Shown piece by piece: positions 1 through 12,306 of a stretch of DNA of 64,000 nucleotides. Numbering within the stretch: position 1 is the first letter of the stretch; every line of letters starts with the position of its first letter. The notes beneath the pieces were generated by a model. The model was not told where the DNA came from, searched no databases, and saw only the letters and a program-made list of their open reading frames with translations. The stretch is taken from positions 5,830,001 through 5,894,000 of the forward strand of contig NC_087252.1 in assembly GCF_037042905.1 (NCBI RefSeq), read 5' to 3'. This stretch comes from Lytechinus pictus (Eukaryota). The position numbers were made by a program, and so were the translations under genes.

Positions 1-1399
1 TAATAACATAAATTTAATCATTTTTCTGTATTATCAAGTGTTTACGCAATTATTTCAATTATTGACTTTAAACAATAATGAGTCTGAAGGGGACATTTTC
101 CTTTTTCTTTCTTTATTTTGAAATAACATGTATTCATTTAAAGCATAATAAGATAAAATGAACAAAAACAGACATATATCACATCAAATATGTATTTTCG
201 AATAGCAACATTACGTCACAAGAATGCTACAAAACACAACATGTACATTTAAGATTAATTAATCATTTCTTTCCAACTTAAACACTGGAACAAGATGATT
301 CCATTAAAAGTTAATAATTTCTTTGTTTTAAGACTGATCCCATGTAGAAATAATAATAATAATATTAAGAACATGGATTCGGACTGGATGATATTTCGGT
401 AATAATATTGATGATCGTTGTATTTATTTAAATCTCAAATATATTATTTGTTCTACTGATTATAAATACAGTTCGCCGTTTGTTTGAAAATTGCTGGTAC
501 ATTTCGTGTAATAGGCATCAAAGATACATATGTCACTGTTTTATTCGGTGCAATAGCAAGAATTGCACAAACAAAATACACGTCAAATATAGGTCCAACA
601 TATCGTGTTTCCAGTTGGTTTGAGATTTGCTCATGTCTTATGCTGTCCTTATTACAGATCTATTACCTTGAAGCAGCCTCCTGCACACATTTTACCAACA
701 CCCTTAACTCAATATTGAAAGATATAGGGGAATAAACAGCCTTGGCATTCAATTAACATTACTCAAATTTCTGATCAATCATACCTTCTCAAAGAATCAT
801 GTTTCCATGGTCTGTCGAGTTTTAATGGGTGTATGAGAATGCAGGGTCACGTAAAAGCTTACTAAATGTATTTAACAATTTTGAAACTTATTTTTGAATA
901 TAACTTGTACAAACGGTTTATTACAACCTATCGCCTTAAGTTTATAATAGAGACCATTCAACGTGTTCAAAATGTATGACAGTTATTGGCACTGAATGAA
1001 ACAAGACTCGTAATTGTATCCTAATCTATCTCATGCTGTTTTCCGTCATTTGTGTTCTCCCTTCAAATAAGGTAGATGATCCTTTTGAGTGGATGATTAT
1101 TAAACAGATTAAAAACAGAATAAACATAATTAACGACTTAAAGAATAATCATTTCCTGAACAATACCTGTCTAAAAATGTACAGATAACCCGGGATGAAC
1201 TTGTATTTAATAATATATTAGTACACTTGCTAGACTAAACGTTGCCACTTAGCCTTAAACAACAAAATGTATGATTTGTACATAATTCCATGAAGCTGAT
1301 AATAAGCTCAGAATAAGCACAAAAATATTTACAAGAAATGTTTGTTGACAAATTATTATTACTATTTTTTTTGTAATAACAGATGGTTGTGTTTTGTCT

Positions 1400-2446
1400 C
1401 ATGCGGGGTTTATTAAAAATGTTTTATTCAATATTTGGGATACTAACAATACTTTCATCATCATATTATCATTGCCATAGTCATAATCATCATTCTTGTT
1501 AATATTGTCATCATTAACCGTATCAATAAATCATGCTTATTGAAATTATCATTATTTCTGATAATATCCTAATCACCAATAATACGGTAATCACAATTGT
1601 CATGAAATTATATCAAAACTTTATCCCGGATACATCCAAAATAGGTTGGTCCTATCAATGATGATACTTTAAAAGAGGTGATAGATGACGAATACTTGTA
1701 CGCCATCTACGTATTCTTGTATGAAAATACAAGTCGAAAATGGTACTTTGGGGCATATTCTCAGGTAACTAAGAATGTTTTTATGCCGGGATCAAATTTG
1801 CTGAAATAAATCGTGAATATATTGTAATTTGACAATTCGAAATAATGATATTTCAGCGCCGTCTACTGCCTGACGAGACTTTCACTTCAATGTCAATATG
1901 AATTGTTTTTATCAAGAAATATGATAAGCGTATTTTGGCAATCACTACGCAGTCGTTTTCTACAACGCACAAATTCCTTTGAAAATGCAAGTCGAACTAC
2001 AATGGCCGAGGGGTTTTCGGGAAAGCAGATCGTCCGAAGATTTGACCGGACAAAAACAATCCGAATATGTTGTTTGTCCAGAGTCGAGGACGTGACTGCT
2101 GTTTTTATTCACCGATTTTCGACAAAGGCTGTTTCGTCATTGAAGGGCTCATGAATAAAGATTATCTGTGTTACAGAAAGCGTCTGCGTAGAGATTGCAC
2201 AAAATGCCCTGGTGAATGATGAGAGGGCCCATCTTACGTATGCTGTACTCTGGGGGAACCTTCATCTTTAACGGCCCCCTCAGTAAGCAGTGATCAAACA
2301 AGTAATTTGAGGTAATGTTTAGGCCCTCAAAGCTCATTTGGTGGATGTTATAGTAAGTGTAGTTGGCGATAATTGATATTTGCCAGATTGAAACCCTTCT
2401 ACATCTTGTGTCTTACAAAAGTTCACATTGGGCCAAGAAGGATCAA
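1400..2446 (-). other. Probable terminal 3'UTR exon of the CART-like gene (3' end uncertain)
   Basis: Good acceptor ttttttcttattttag|TTGATCC at 2446. Possible donors upstream at 3977 (GG|GTACGA, just after the stop) or 4022 (CAG|GTACAC, which would give ...DDPTS*). Minus-strand AATAAA hexamers occur near 2103 and 1409-1427. Confidence 0.4.
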
Positions 2447-3981
2447 CTAAAATAAGAAAAAATATATATATATCCACATTTAGTTGGGTCCCGAATTTTC
2501 CTATTGCATATAAAACAGATATAATACATACTTAACTTAATTCCGAAATATATAATTAAATGCTCAGATATGTAAATAACATAATGATTCTTACCTGAAA
2601 ATTAAAATGATATAGTTCTTTGATATTTGAATACTTAAGTACATTATATCAATGCGTAAATATTTAGATACTTAATTACTCAAATATTGAAATTTCATAA
2701 ACTTAGATATTATACTTAAGTACTTAGACGCTTAATATCTAAAAATATTAAAGATGAAGTTCAGGCAGAGGAATAACAAATGGAATAATAGTGAAAATAT
2801 GATGAGTAAACGGTAAACGAATCCAGCGAATGGTGGACACACGGTTACCCGTCTTCTTAGGATTGGTGGGTTCAAGCAATCCGGCTCATAACCGAATTTA
2901 AAACACTGCAAAAGAGAAAATCCGAGATAAAGGCATATTCAAATGTAAAATGTTGTTTGTCTGTACAATAAGTACGTCAGGGGCACTGTCGTATTACGAC
3001 ACATTAAACACTTTTTCGCTTTATTCTCTAACTACATAACTTTTTTTGCAATTTATTGTAAAAAATTAAAATACATTATTAATGCAATAGGAAAATAAGG
3101 CGCTGGTATCATAAGTAGAAGATATTTGTTACAAATACAAACAATATGAAAATTATGCAAATATTATTTTTTTACGGATATAGATTTGTGAAGATCGTGC
3201 CTTATTTTTATTTGCAGAAAACATGTTAATGACAAGACATTTCCGCTTCAAGTGCACTTCATAAACTTTAAATGTGCTCTCCAAGTATTGTCTATGCATA
3301 CTCATTTATCATTTTCCCATTTTTTAAAGGAAGTCTTATTTATTATGAGGCAAAGGACACATTTAATCAACCTTAAAGCGTGCTTACCTTCGTGGCTATC
3401 CAGTTAAATCTAGTGACTAGTTATTTCGTGAGATTTTTGGAGGCCTAAACAGATCAAGTAACAAGAACCCTACCATGTCTACATGAAATTAAAGATATTT
3501 GTACGAAATAGGAAACTACTTTGATTTATTGATATATTTATATAATTCTGTGCTCAACGTAATAAAACATAACCAATATTAGAAAAATAAAGAATTATTG
3601 AAAGTAAACATATTTCCCAAAATATAAACCTAACATAAGTTTTTTTGTAATCGTCTGCCTGTTTTGCTACTGATTTTGTTATCAATTTATGTCATTTATT
3701 AATTTCAAGTGTACGGTTGGTAGAATCTTGTGTACCGAATTTACTATTATTACTCGACCAAACTGTTTCCCTGATTTTCTGATTTTGCTAAAAAATGAAA
3801 TTTAATGGATGTAAGCATATTTATTATGCATGTAGCATTTAAATCTGGGGTATAAAGAACAAACGAAAGTATTTATTAGTCTGAAAATAAAACAATTTGA
3901 AAGCGCGATGTTTTGATAAATTTCAAATATTTGTTTTTCTTTAAAGCGGGTTTCCCTTTTTGTTAGCAGGTCGTACCCTCA

Positions 3982-4179
3982 TTATAGAACTCCTCGAGAC
4001 CATATGATGCGTCTTGTGTACCTGGTAGGATCATCTCGGTTGGGCATGCATCGGAACTCTCTATTATCCGGTGAATAGTCGCAACTATAACCGTCGGGAC
4101 AGTCACACAGCCACCAGCGTCTGCTTCGGGCTCTTCCTCCGTAGCTATGGTAACACTGCTCATATTGCTTCACTCGACA
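3982..4179 (-). CDS. Last coding exon: 6-Cys CART-like domain
   Basis: Acceptor ttttttgtattattatcctcattttag|TGT. The only frame open from this acceptor gives CRVKQYEQCYHSYGGRARSRRWWLCDCPDGYSCDYSPDNREFRCMPNRDDPTRYTRRIIWSRGVL*. Cys pattern and the LCDCPxGxSC motif match CART by eye. Linkage to the upstream exons is inferred from strand and phase. Confidence 0.72.
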   Translation of the reverse strand, partial: CRVKQYEQCYHSYGGRARSRRWWLCDCPDGYSCDYSPDNREFRCMPNRDDPTRYTRRIIWSRGVL

Positions 4180-5920
4180 CTAAAATGAGGATAATAATAC
4201 AAAAAATCGTTACCTTTATCGTAGAAGTACCTATAATGTACAATGAAAATTGAAAGAAACAAAAAAAATCGATGGATTGAGGATTGACCTAAGACAATTG
4301 CTAAAAAGAAGAGTAGAATACGCTATCGTGCGCAGAGTATGTATGCATTTTTTTAATGGTGAATTAATTGGTATATGGAAAGACAGTTCACCAGTTGTTT
4401 TATAGGACATGGGATTAAAATTATGATATTGAAAAAATACAATACAACGACATCTGTTTAATCATTATTATCGTTATTATCATCACTGATATTATTATCA
4501 TTATTATTGTAATTATCATTATTATTATTATTATTACTATTTCCATTATTTGACCCTTCGGGTAAGGGTTGGTCTTAAGCCCATATCATCCTGCCTTTGT
4601 TAGACCGATGCGTATCCTTAAGTGTAATACAAAATTGGCCCTTAAATGGAGGGCAAAGGGGGTGGTGCTTTTCTACGAAAAGATGTCGGTTGACCGTCTG
4701 GGAAAAGAAGGAGTGGGGTTGAAGGGGGTGGTTGTGTTGATATGTCGGTGAGGGATCCTTATAAGCACTAATACTATAAGTTTGCTGAATGCTTCTAAAA
4801 CCTTTCCTTTCATGTGACACACTGCCTTGAATCATCTACAACAACTAGAAACTCGCCTCGCATTTAAGTGAATGACTTTAAGCCGGTTCTCTTGCAAACA
4901 AATACTCTCGGTTAATATATCTCAGTGACCTATTGCAGTGAGCATGTCCCTTTTTTTTGGGGGGGGGGGGTCAAAATGCAGCCTTCATGGCTCAGAAGAT
5001 TTATCATTTTAGAACATCGGGCTATTTAGATCCAGCATCAACAATTTCACCTAGAATGTTTTTTTTGGGCAACAACGAGCATATTAGAATCTCTTCGCTT
5101 TCCAATCAATCGTGAGCTTCATTAATACAGTGTTTAGAGGGATTGGATTGCGATTTATAAATGAATACGCGATGATTTATGCAATGGATTGCTATTGTTA
5201 GTGGTCATAAATCATCTGCGTGTATTACGTGCGTTATGACTCCATTTATAAACAGAATAAGAAAGTACAAGCAGATGCATGTTGTATACACATGCACAAG
5301 ATGCAGCGCATGCACACTGTTTATTTATAAAGATTGAATTTGGTAGTGGGGTAATATATAGTAGTGGATGATAAACTTCTTTGGTAGCTTGAATGATGAC
5401 TATATTATTAAAAACACAGATGACATTCATCATGGATAAAACTAGGAGTCCGAATTAGTTTGAACTATCTATGACGTTAACACTTCATCCATTGCTGGTC
5501 TTCAATTCCCACTGGGAAGTGTTCACTGATTCCTTCGCGGTGGAAACTATGCACAGAGGGTAGTCGCTGGAGCACCCGTCTACATGTATTTGCTTTGAAT
5601 GGTTTAATTGAGTACCAGACGGTGTCCCTTGATGATATTTCAATCAAAGTCGGACAACATGAAAGTATTTCCTTATTAAAGTTCTATGCCAATATTTTTC
5701 TTGCTTGAGTTGGATAAAAGTTTTTTAGATCTGTTTTTGTTGGGTTACATTCGTAATTCCGAAGGTTCGTTAGTCCGAAAACGAACTAAAGTTCGTTAAT
5801 GCGAAGGTTTGCTAATCCGAAAATGAAGTAAAGTTTGTTTTTCCGAAAATGAAATTGGTTTATTTTTGTAACAAAAAAAAAGGTGTTGTAATTAGAAAAT
5901 AACAAGATATCATTCAGTAA

Positions 5921-6158
5921 TACACTCTAAAAATCAAGGATTGAAAATAAATCCAGGTCAGCTTTGAATAGTGACCAGCCGAATATTAGATTTAGTTTTA
6001 AACCTTGTAGATTTCAATATAAATGAAAACAATTGGAATTTAAATGTTTTGAGATTTGATAATTAATCCTAAAGATTTGAAATAAATTTTCAACATTCTG
6101 CTGGTCACTATCCACAGCCGATCTGGATTTGTTATTAACCCTTGATTTTTAGAGTGTA
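5921..6158. mobile_element. Palindromic MITE with CACTC termini, TA-flanked
   Basis: TA-CACTCTAAAAATCAAGG ... CCTTGATTTTTAGAGTG-TA; the internal arms are also complementary (atagtgaccagc / gctggtcactat). Confidence 0.8.
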
Positions 6159-7808
6159 ATTTCAATGGAGGATGATACATGTGTATGTTGTGGTCAAAGC
6201 ATGTAGGAATTCGCGCTTGGATCAGACATCTTTTTGATTTTGATTTTCTTTGAGCAATTGCTGCCTGATCGAGCGAATGGATTAAACATGTTGGGGACTG
6301 TGTGTTGGTCACATGTAAATAACCTCCAGATAATGGGATTTTTTTAGGGAGGTTGTTTCATTTTTAACAGCTTCTGCTGATTATGATGAAAAAAAATCCC
6401 CGTAGGAAAAACAATTGCCCTTTTCTCAAAATGGAAAGTGCCCTTTTTTAAGTAAAAAAAAATTGACGTACTACGTAATACATTTCAGGTTAGAAAAATC
6501 ACAATTTTTGCTCGCGCTTCGCTCGCCTCAGTTATTATGTAGTAAGGTACTCACCCCTTTTCTGGTTATAAAATTATTAGAATGTCCAGTTTTCAGGTTG
6601 GAATATCATAAATTTTGAGCTCGCGTTTCGTGCTCGCGTTTAATTACTTTGGTTAAGTACCAATCTTGTTTCATTATTACGAGAAATATAAATATAAATG
6701 AAAAGGCTTCAATATCATTGCACTTCGCAGCAAAAGGCTTAAGTAAGTATAATTTACAGGTATGTATAGTAATACAACTGGTTAAAAACATCAAACATGA
6801 AATTACTCAATATAAAGAGTTATCGTGCTTTTTAAAAGGAAAAGTTGCTAGGATGCATCGCAAGCATCCTGATTTAAAAAGAAAGAGTAACGGGATTAAA
6901 GTAGACAAAAAACAGGAGTCCGGATACGAGCGAGCCGTCAAATCCAATGCACAGTTTCAGTCGAGAATCATTAAACCCACCTGCAAATAATTCCACCAGA
7001 ATGATGGAATTGATTATCCCATACCCTGGCAGAACAGAGAAAAGACAAAATCGGTTAACAACGACTGGAAGTGTGCCCTATTGCAGCCTATGAACAATTA
7101 CTTCTAAAACACACTTATATTCATACTACACTCATATATCAAGACCCAAGACACCAAAAGTGCCTTAAAACAACTCACTTAAACCCTTTCATTCAGCAGT
7201 CACCATGCACACGACGCACTCATAAAAATAGGGATTATAACAATATTGGGGGGGGGGGGTGAGTGGTGAGTGCTCGCACGTTCCAAAATAGACTTATCCA
7301 ACGAAAAACTGATCAGTAATGTCCACTACCACTTGCGGAGATTTTGATAAAAATGAGTTGGAATATTGGTATAGATATCCAAACACCGATTCATTAAATA
7401 TATTACAATGCTCTGGGTGTTTAATTTTCATTTCTTATTGAAATGTCCAAAAGTTTGAGCTTGCGATTAGCTCTCTTAACATCTCGCGCGGGATGCCCTT
7501 TTAACAGTACGGCCTAATTAGCGCCATAATTGACCAAAATGCGAGTTTTAGAACTTCAGATTTTTTTTTTTCAAACAGCGTAAAAAGCCTATAAAAATAT
7601 ATAATAATAATCATGAATCACTTCAAAAAGGCTTTGCTCAACTTAATTACTACAAAACACACAACGACAACCTCGTTATAAAAATGTCACCAAAAGGCCA
7701 ATTTTGACATATACGTGCCGTTTTTTTTTTTTTTTTTTTTGCTTTTTTGCTTTGCTCCGCCCCTAAAAGAAAAATATGTTCCGCCGCGCCCCTGCTTTCC
7801 CATCCTCG

Positions 7809-8092
7809 TACATTGTTATAAAAAAACTGATTTTACAGAAAAATCAAGATTTTGTAGAAAGCAATAACAGAATCATTATGTAAATTCATAAAACAGGAAT
7901 TTTTCTGCAATTTAACAGAACAGGTCTGTTTGAAAGGGGAAAAAGGGTGTTTTATTAAAGGAAATTTGTAAGGTTCCATACACCAAATACAAATTTTCTG
8001 TAATTTTACGTGAAATAATGTAAGATTACAGGTGTTCTCGAGACTCTGGTGCAGAACTTCTTTTATTTTAAGAATAAATTTCTTACAGTATA
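7809..8092 (+). mobile_element. CACTG-terminus non-autonomous DNA transposon, copy 1 of 3
   Basis: Closely similar to 14154-14455 and 37542-37798 (gcaataacagaatcatt...gtaaattcataaaacagg...gttctcgagactctg). Confidence 0.8.
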
Positions 8093-9420
8093 CAATTTGT
8101 AAATAAAACAGTCTTTCTACCCCCCCCCCCCTCCCTCCACCACGCTTTCCCTTCCGGTTTTCCCCGCTTCGCCGACCATTTCATTTTTCGAACTAACGAA
8201 CTTTATTTCATTTTCGGATTTACGATTTCATTTTCGGGTTAACGAGCCTTCGGAATAACGAACCTAAATTCCGTTTTCGAACTAAAGAGCCTTAGGAAGA
8301 ACTAGGGGAGGATCCAGAATTTTCCAACGGGGGGGGGGGGGGCAAATTTTTCGGAGGAAAATTTTGACAAGCAAAAAAAGTTTGGTGAGATTGAAGAGCG
8401 CCATCATATCATTCTTACTTTCACAACAGGTTCACATCCATGAAAACTTAATTCGCTTATCCACTTTATGTTACCCATTTCTCCGAAGGAAAAGCAAAAA
8501 TCTATCCAGCGCATTGATCTCTCTCCAACATTGTATCGTTTTGATATGCACAAAAATATAGTGCCCTATATGAATGAAGGGTCAATATTTTCTTTGAAAA
8601 ATATAAAAATCAACACTACTTCGTATAAAGCTGTGCAATTTGACCAAAAAAGTGCTGGTTTTCGTATGAATTCAGCCTTGCCTTCGCTTAATGACTATTG
8701 TAGTAACTTGAAGACATATGATTTTTTTTTTTTTGGGGGGGATGATTTGTGAAAAAAAAAAGGTTTTAAATAGGGAATATATATGAGGATGAAGGAAATG
8801 GAATAGAGTCAAAAAAAGTTTCATGCTTGACTTAGTATTTCTTCATGTTCTTGTTAGTGTTCAAACTTGTTTCACAGGAGCAGTCATGGTAATTGTCGAC
8901 CGGACAAACCCCACGGAATCCTTCGTTTCTAAGAATCAGCTTTGAAAATATTTGTTTTTAAGATTGCGTTTCCGTTTGAGTGGGATCATTCTCTATGTCG
9001 TAACTACGATACGAATGTGACGTCATATACCACTCTCGTATCAATGTTACATTATTCAAAGAAATGCATGACGTACTAAAGGAAGAAGAGTTCCGGTTGT
9101 TTTGTTGTTAGTCGTTGATGGTCGCCACTTCTCCAATGCGTCGGGGATGGTGGTGGTGGTGGTGGTGGTGGGGGTGGGGGGCGGGTGTTGTTGCATTAAA
9201 TAGATACCACTGTCGATATCCAGTATTAGGTGGTCAGGAACTGTCCTTCACATACATTTACATATGTTTATTTTGCATTATGAGTTTGATAATCATACGT
9301 GACTTGAATAGTAATCATTTAGAGTAATATAAATGAGCAGTTTGAATATATATATTTTAAATATTTTTTTTGTTGGCTTTTCAAGAAAAGAAAGAAAGAT
9401 TTTCTTTGAGAGAAGTATGG

Positions 9421-9528
9421 ACAGATCTACCTTGTAAAAACGGAAAGTATAATGTCAAATAATGATTTGATATTATATCAAACAATTATTTGATATTATA
9501 ATTTCTTTTTTTTACAAAGTAAACCTGT
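9421..9528. repeat. About 108-bp imperfect palindrome (hairpin or MITE remnant)
   Basis: acagatctaccttgtaaaaa...tataatgtcaaataat paired with attatttgatattata...tttttacaaagtaaacctgt. Confidence 0.6.
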
Positions 9529-12224
9529 TCGTGATTCTCGTCTAGAGAAGACATGAAGTAGCTACCCTTGAAATAGATAATTAATATTGTTATCATTATC
9601 ATTGATTTCCATTAGTTATCTAATTATCACGTAAATAAAAATATAAGAAAGCATTTATCAAATAGGGGATATGCAACACAGGTCTCGATACAATTATGTA
9701 GTACTTCAAGGCCAAGGTCGGATTATGCCCGCTGACTACCTTCTGGCTGACGTGGAGACTGGTCGTCGCAGCCTAGAGGTTACATCAGTGCAGTCATTTA
9801 AACCGAGGGATGCTTCTTACTAGAACTAGAATTACAGAAACATTGACGATACGGATGAGCGAGAAGGGTAACCAAAGATGTACCAAGGGGTAGTCTTTGG
9901 GCTACGGAGGTGACTTAATCGAGAAAAGGAAACTGAGATACATGTACACTGGAAACAGTGTAGAGGTTCTTTCCTGGATCTTATTCAGATATCATGCGTG
10001 AAGGAGGGTAATGATAGCGGCGAATTCAGGGAAGCTCTGACATTTTATCAGATCCACATCCGTAATGCCAAGTAGTCATTATGCATAGGTTTGCTGATGT
10101 ATTTCAAGATCGAAATACTTATTACTGTTGCCATAATCATTACCGGTGAACAGATTGGGGCGGAGGTATGGACCCGCAAAAATATCACTACTAATGAGGC
10201 AAAACGGGGAAAAGAAAAGGAATTGAAAACGTGTAAAATATGATATATTTTCGCGGTTTAATGTTGATATCTAAAGAAAATAGATTGCTGGTATTAAAAA
10301 GGCAATTTTTGCTCGCTTGCTTCGTTAGCTAGCATTTTTTTTTCCCCATACATGATGCCTGACCCACTCAAATGTTTTATCTCAGAACGCTTCTACATAA
10401 ATCATCATCACCACCATAATCACCATAACTATTGTCGTTGTCATGATGATCATCAGCTTATTTATTTAAATGTTTAATAGCGTCAGTATTTTCATTTAGA
10501 TTATGACTAGAGCATCAACATAATCATTGCTGCTTTGCTGCTTTTCATGTGATGTAAATTTGGACTTATGCAGTGCATGCTTGTGTCAATGAATCCGGGC
10601 ATCCATTATGGTGTAATTTAGAGATCAATTTTTTTTATGAAAAATAGTCATTTTTTATTACATAAAACGGTTTTATTCAATAAATATTTTTCGTTGGTTG
10701 AATACATATTTCTTGCAATTAAGTTTACTGCAAGTCACGTATGAAAGGATGGTCAATAATTTGTGTATTCTTCCTACCATTCATAACTTGGTACATTTTG
10801 AATCTTAGATCATAGACAAAGAATACCACCTCATAACTAAAGTCTAAACAATGCTAAGCATATACTCTTCATAATTTTGTTTTTCATTTATTTAAGTAAA
10901 AATGTCTTTAACGACATATTAGAGAGTTATCTCCTTTTTTAAAATCTTTGTTGTTATTAATTTCTATATGCTTTGAGACCATCCGTTTTCAAACCAAAAA
11001 TAAGTCACCCAAAATAAATTTTAAGTTAGTTATAAGACGTCCGTAAAAAATCGAGTCAAAGAAACTCGTGTACTTTATCTTCTATCTTTCTTTACAACTT
11101 CGAATTTTACCATGGAGAACGAGGACTCATTTAGATAAGCCTCTTTTATAATTTTGCTTTTTGAGACTGAATGTTTATTTCGGCTATTACAGAGAACCTT
11201 CCCCGGCAAATTATTGTTGGATTTGATTATCTGACGCCACGTCTGAACGATCCTATACATGTATAGTGATAGGGTCACGCAAGTTCACGCTGACAACGTA
11301 CAGACAATGAGATCAATTTCCCTTTTTTTTTTGGTTTTAATCAACATTGAGTGAATGAAATAAATCCTCTTCTTGGTCGTTTGAACAAGGCTGTTATGGA
11401 TCCAATAACTCGCTTGACTTGCCCGGGAATCTAATTCTGCGATGCTCAAATTCCATTACCAGCCTAAAAAAGGTGAGTATATATTACATCGTGGCTGTCT
11501 ATTCAATGTATCTTCTTCTTTCTACCTCTCACTACTCTTAACCGTTCCTACTATTATGCCTATCTTTATAACTTGTCTGATTTACTATCAATAAACTATG
11601 TTGTTTTGTTGAAGGCATTTTTAACATCGATTTGACATACGAAAAAGTGAGGATATATGAGGAGACTGCGAGTTACATGTATAAATAGGTATAGAAGTAT
11701 TGGGACAAGAAAATTCATAGAAATATTTTCGTGGGTTACACTAAGCATGCTTAAAGAAAGAGGAAAGTTTGGAAGATGAATGATGGCATAAAGATAGATG
11801 GGGACATATTTGAGTACTTAAATGAATCTAAGTGCATTGTTGGATCACTAATATGATGACAAGTAGCTACCACGCTGCCAGACAACAATCGATGACGTCA
11901 CAGTGCAACACTTCAACATTTATGACGTCACAACGGCAGTAGGTTTGCGTATTGATGATGGAGAGGGTCGCTTGGATCGATACAAACTTTTGATTTAATC
12001 AGCGAGAAAGCGTCGACTTCAATCTTCACCATTTAATAATAACAATTCTTATTTCAATTCAGGAGTCAAGTAAATAATCACCATTGATTTATTGAGGAGT
12101 GCGGGAACCATGAACTCATCACGAGTACAATAGATTTATAACAGGGTTGAATTGAATGGCTGTATATAATCCAAATGAATCCTCACTATCTAATTAACTC
12201 TCTACTCCATGTAACTATTTTTAC

Positions 12225-12306
12225 CGGAAGTAGTGCAGGTATACGTTCACATAGGTGCGTAGGCACCATTGTAATTTGAATCGGATTTGAATAGACGTTG
12301 AAATTC
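12225..12306 (-). other. Candidate internal or alternative exon (82 nt) of the CART-like gene
   Basis: Acceptor tttgtactctttcag|GAATTT and donor CCG|GTAAAA. In phase 0 it reads EFQRLFKSDSNYNGAYAPM*; in phase 2 to 0 it reads NFNVYSNPIQITMVPTHLCERIPALLP. Usage cannot be determined from sequence. Confidence 0.35.

Larger units (their letters stand above)
5750..8302. mobile_element. Old non-autonomous DNA element with inverted arms built from (TTCG...CCGAA) subrepeats, carrying nested insertions
   Basis: The left arm ttcgtaattccgaaggttcgttagtccgaaaacgaac (about 5750-5860) is the reverse complement of the right arm ccttcggaataacgaacc...ccgttttcgaactaaagagcctt (about 8180-8302). Confidence 0.5.

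Noticed and set aside
3982..4179. Prokineticin/astakine/Dickkopf assignment for the Cys exon
   Set aside because: Spacing is partly similar (CxC-x5-C...RC), but no upstream exon supplying the four N-terminal cysteines including the CC pair was found, and LCDCPxGxSC fits CART better. Not fully excluded.
4160..4230. Alternative acceptor at 4230 giving a signal-peptide-like string (TIKVTIFCIIILILVSSEAI) or a 17-nt microexon
   Set aside because: There is no ATG, all three frames from 4230 hit stops within about 25 codons, the hydrophobic text is just the polypyrimidine tract, and a 34-nt intron is implausibly short.
12247..12252. In-frame TGA as selenocysteine
   Set aside because: No recognisable selenoprotein motif, no SECIS element identifiable by eye, and read-through gives no coherent downstream frame.
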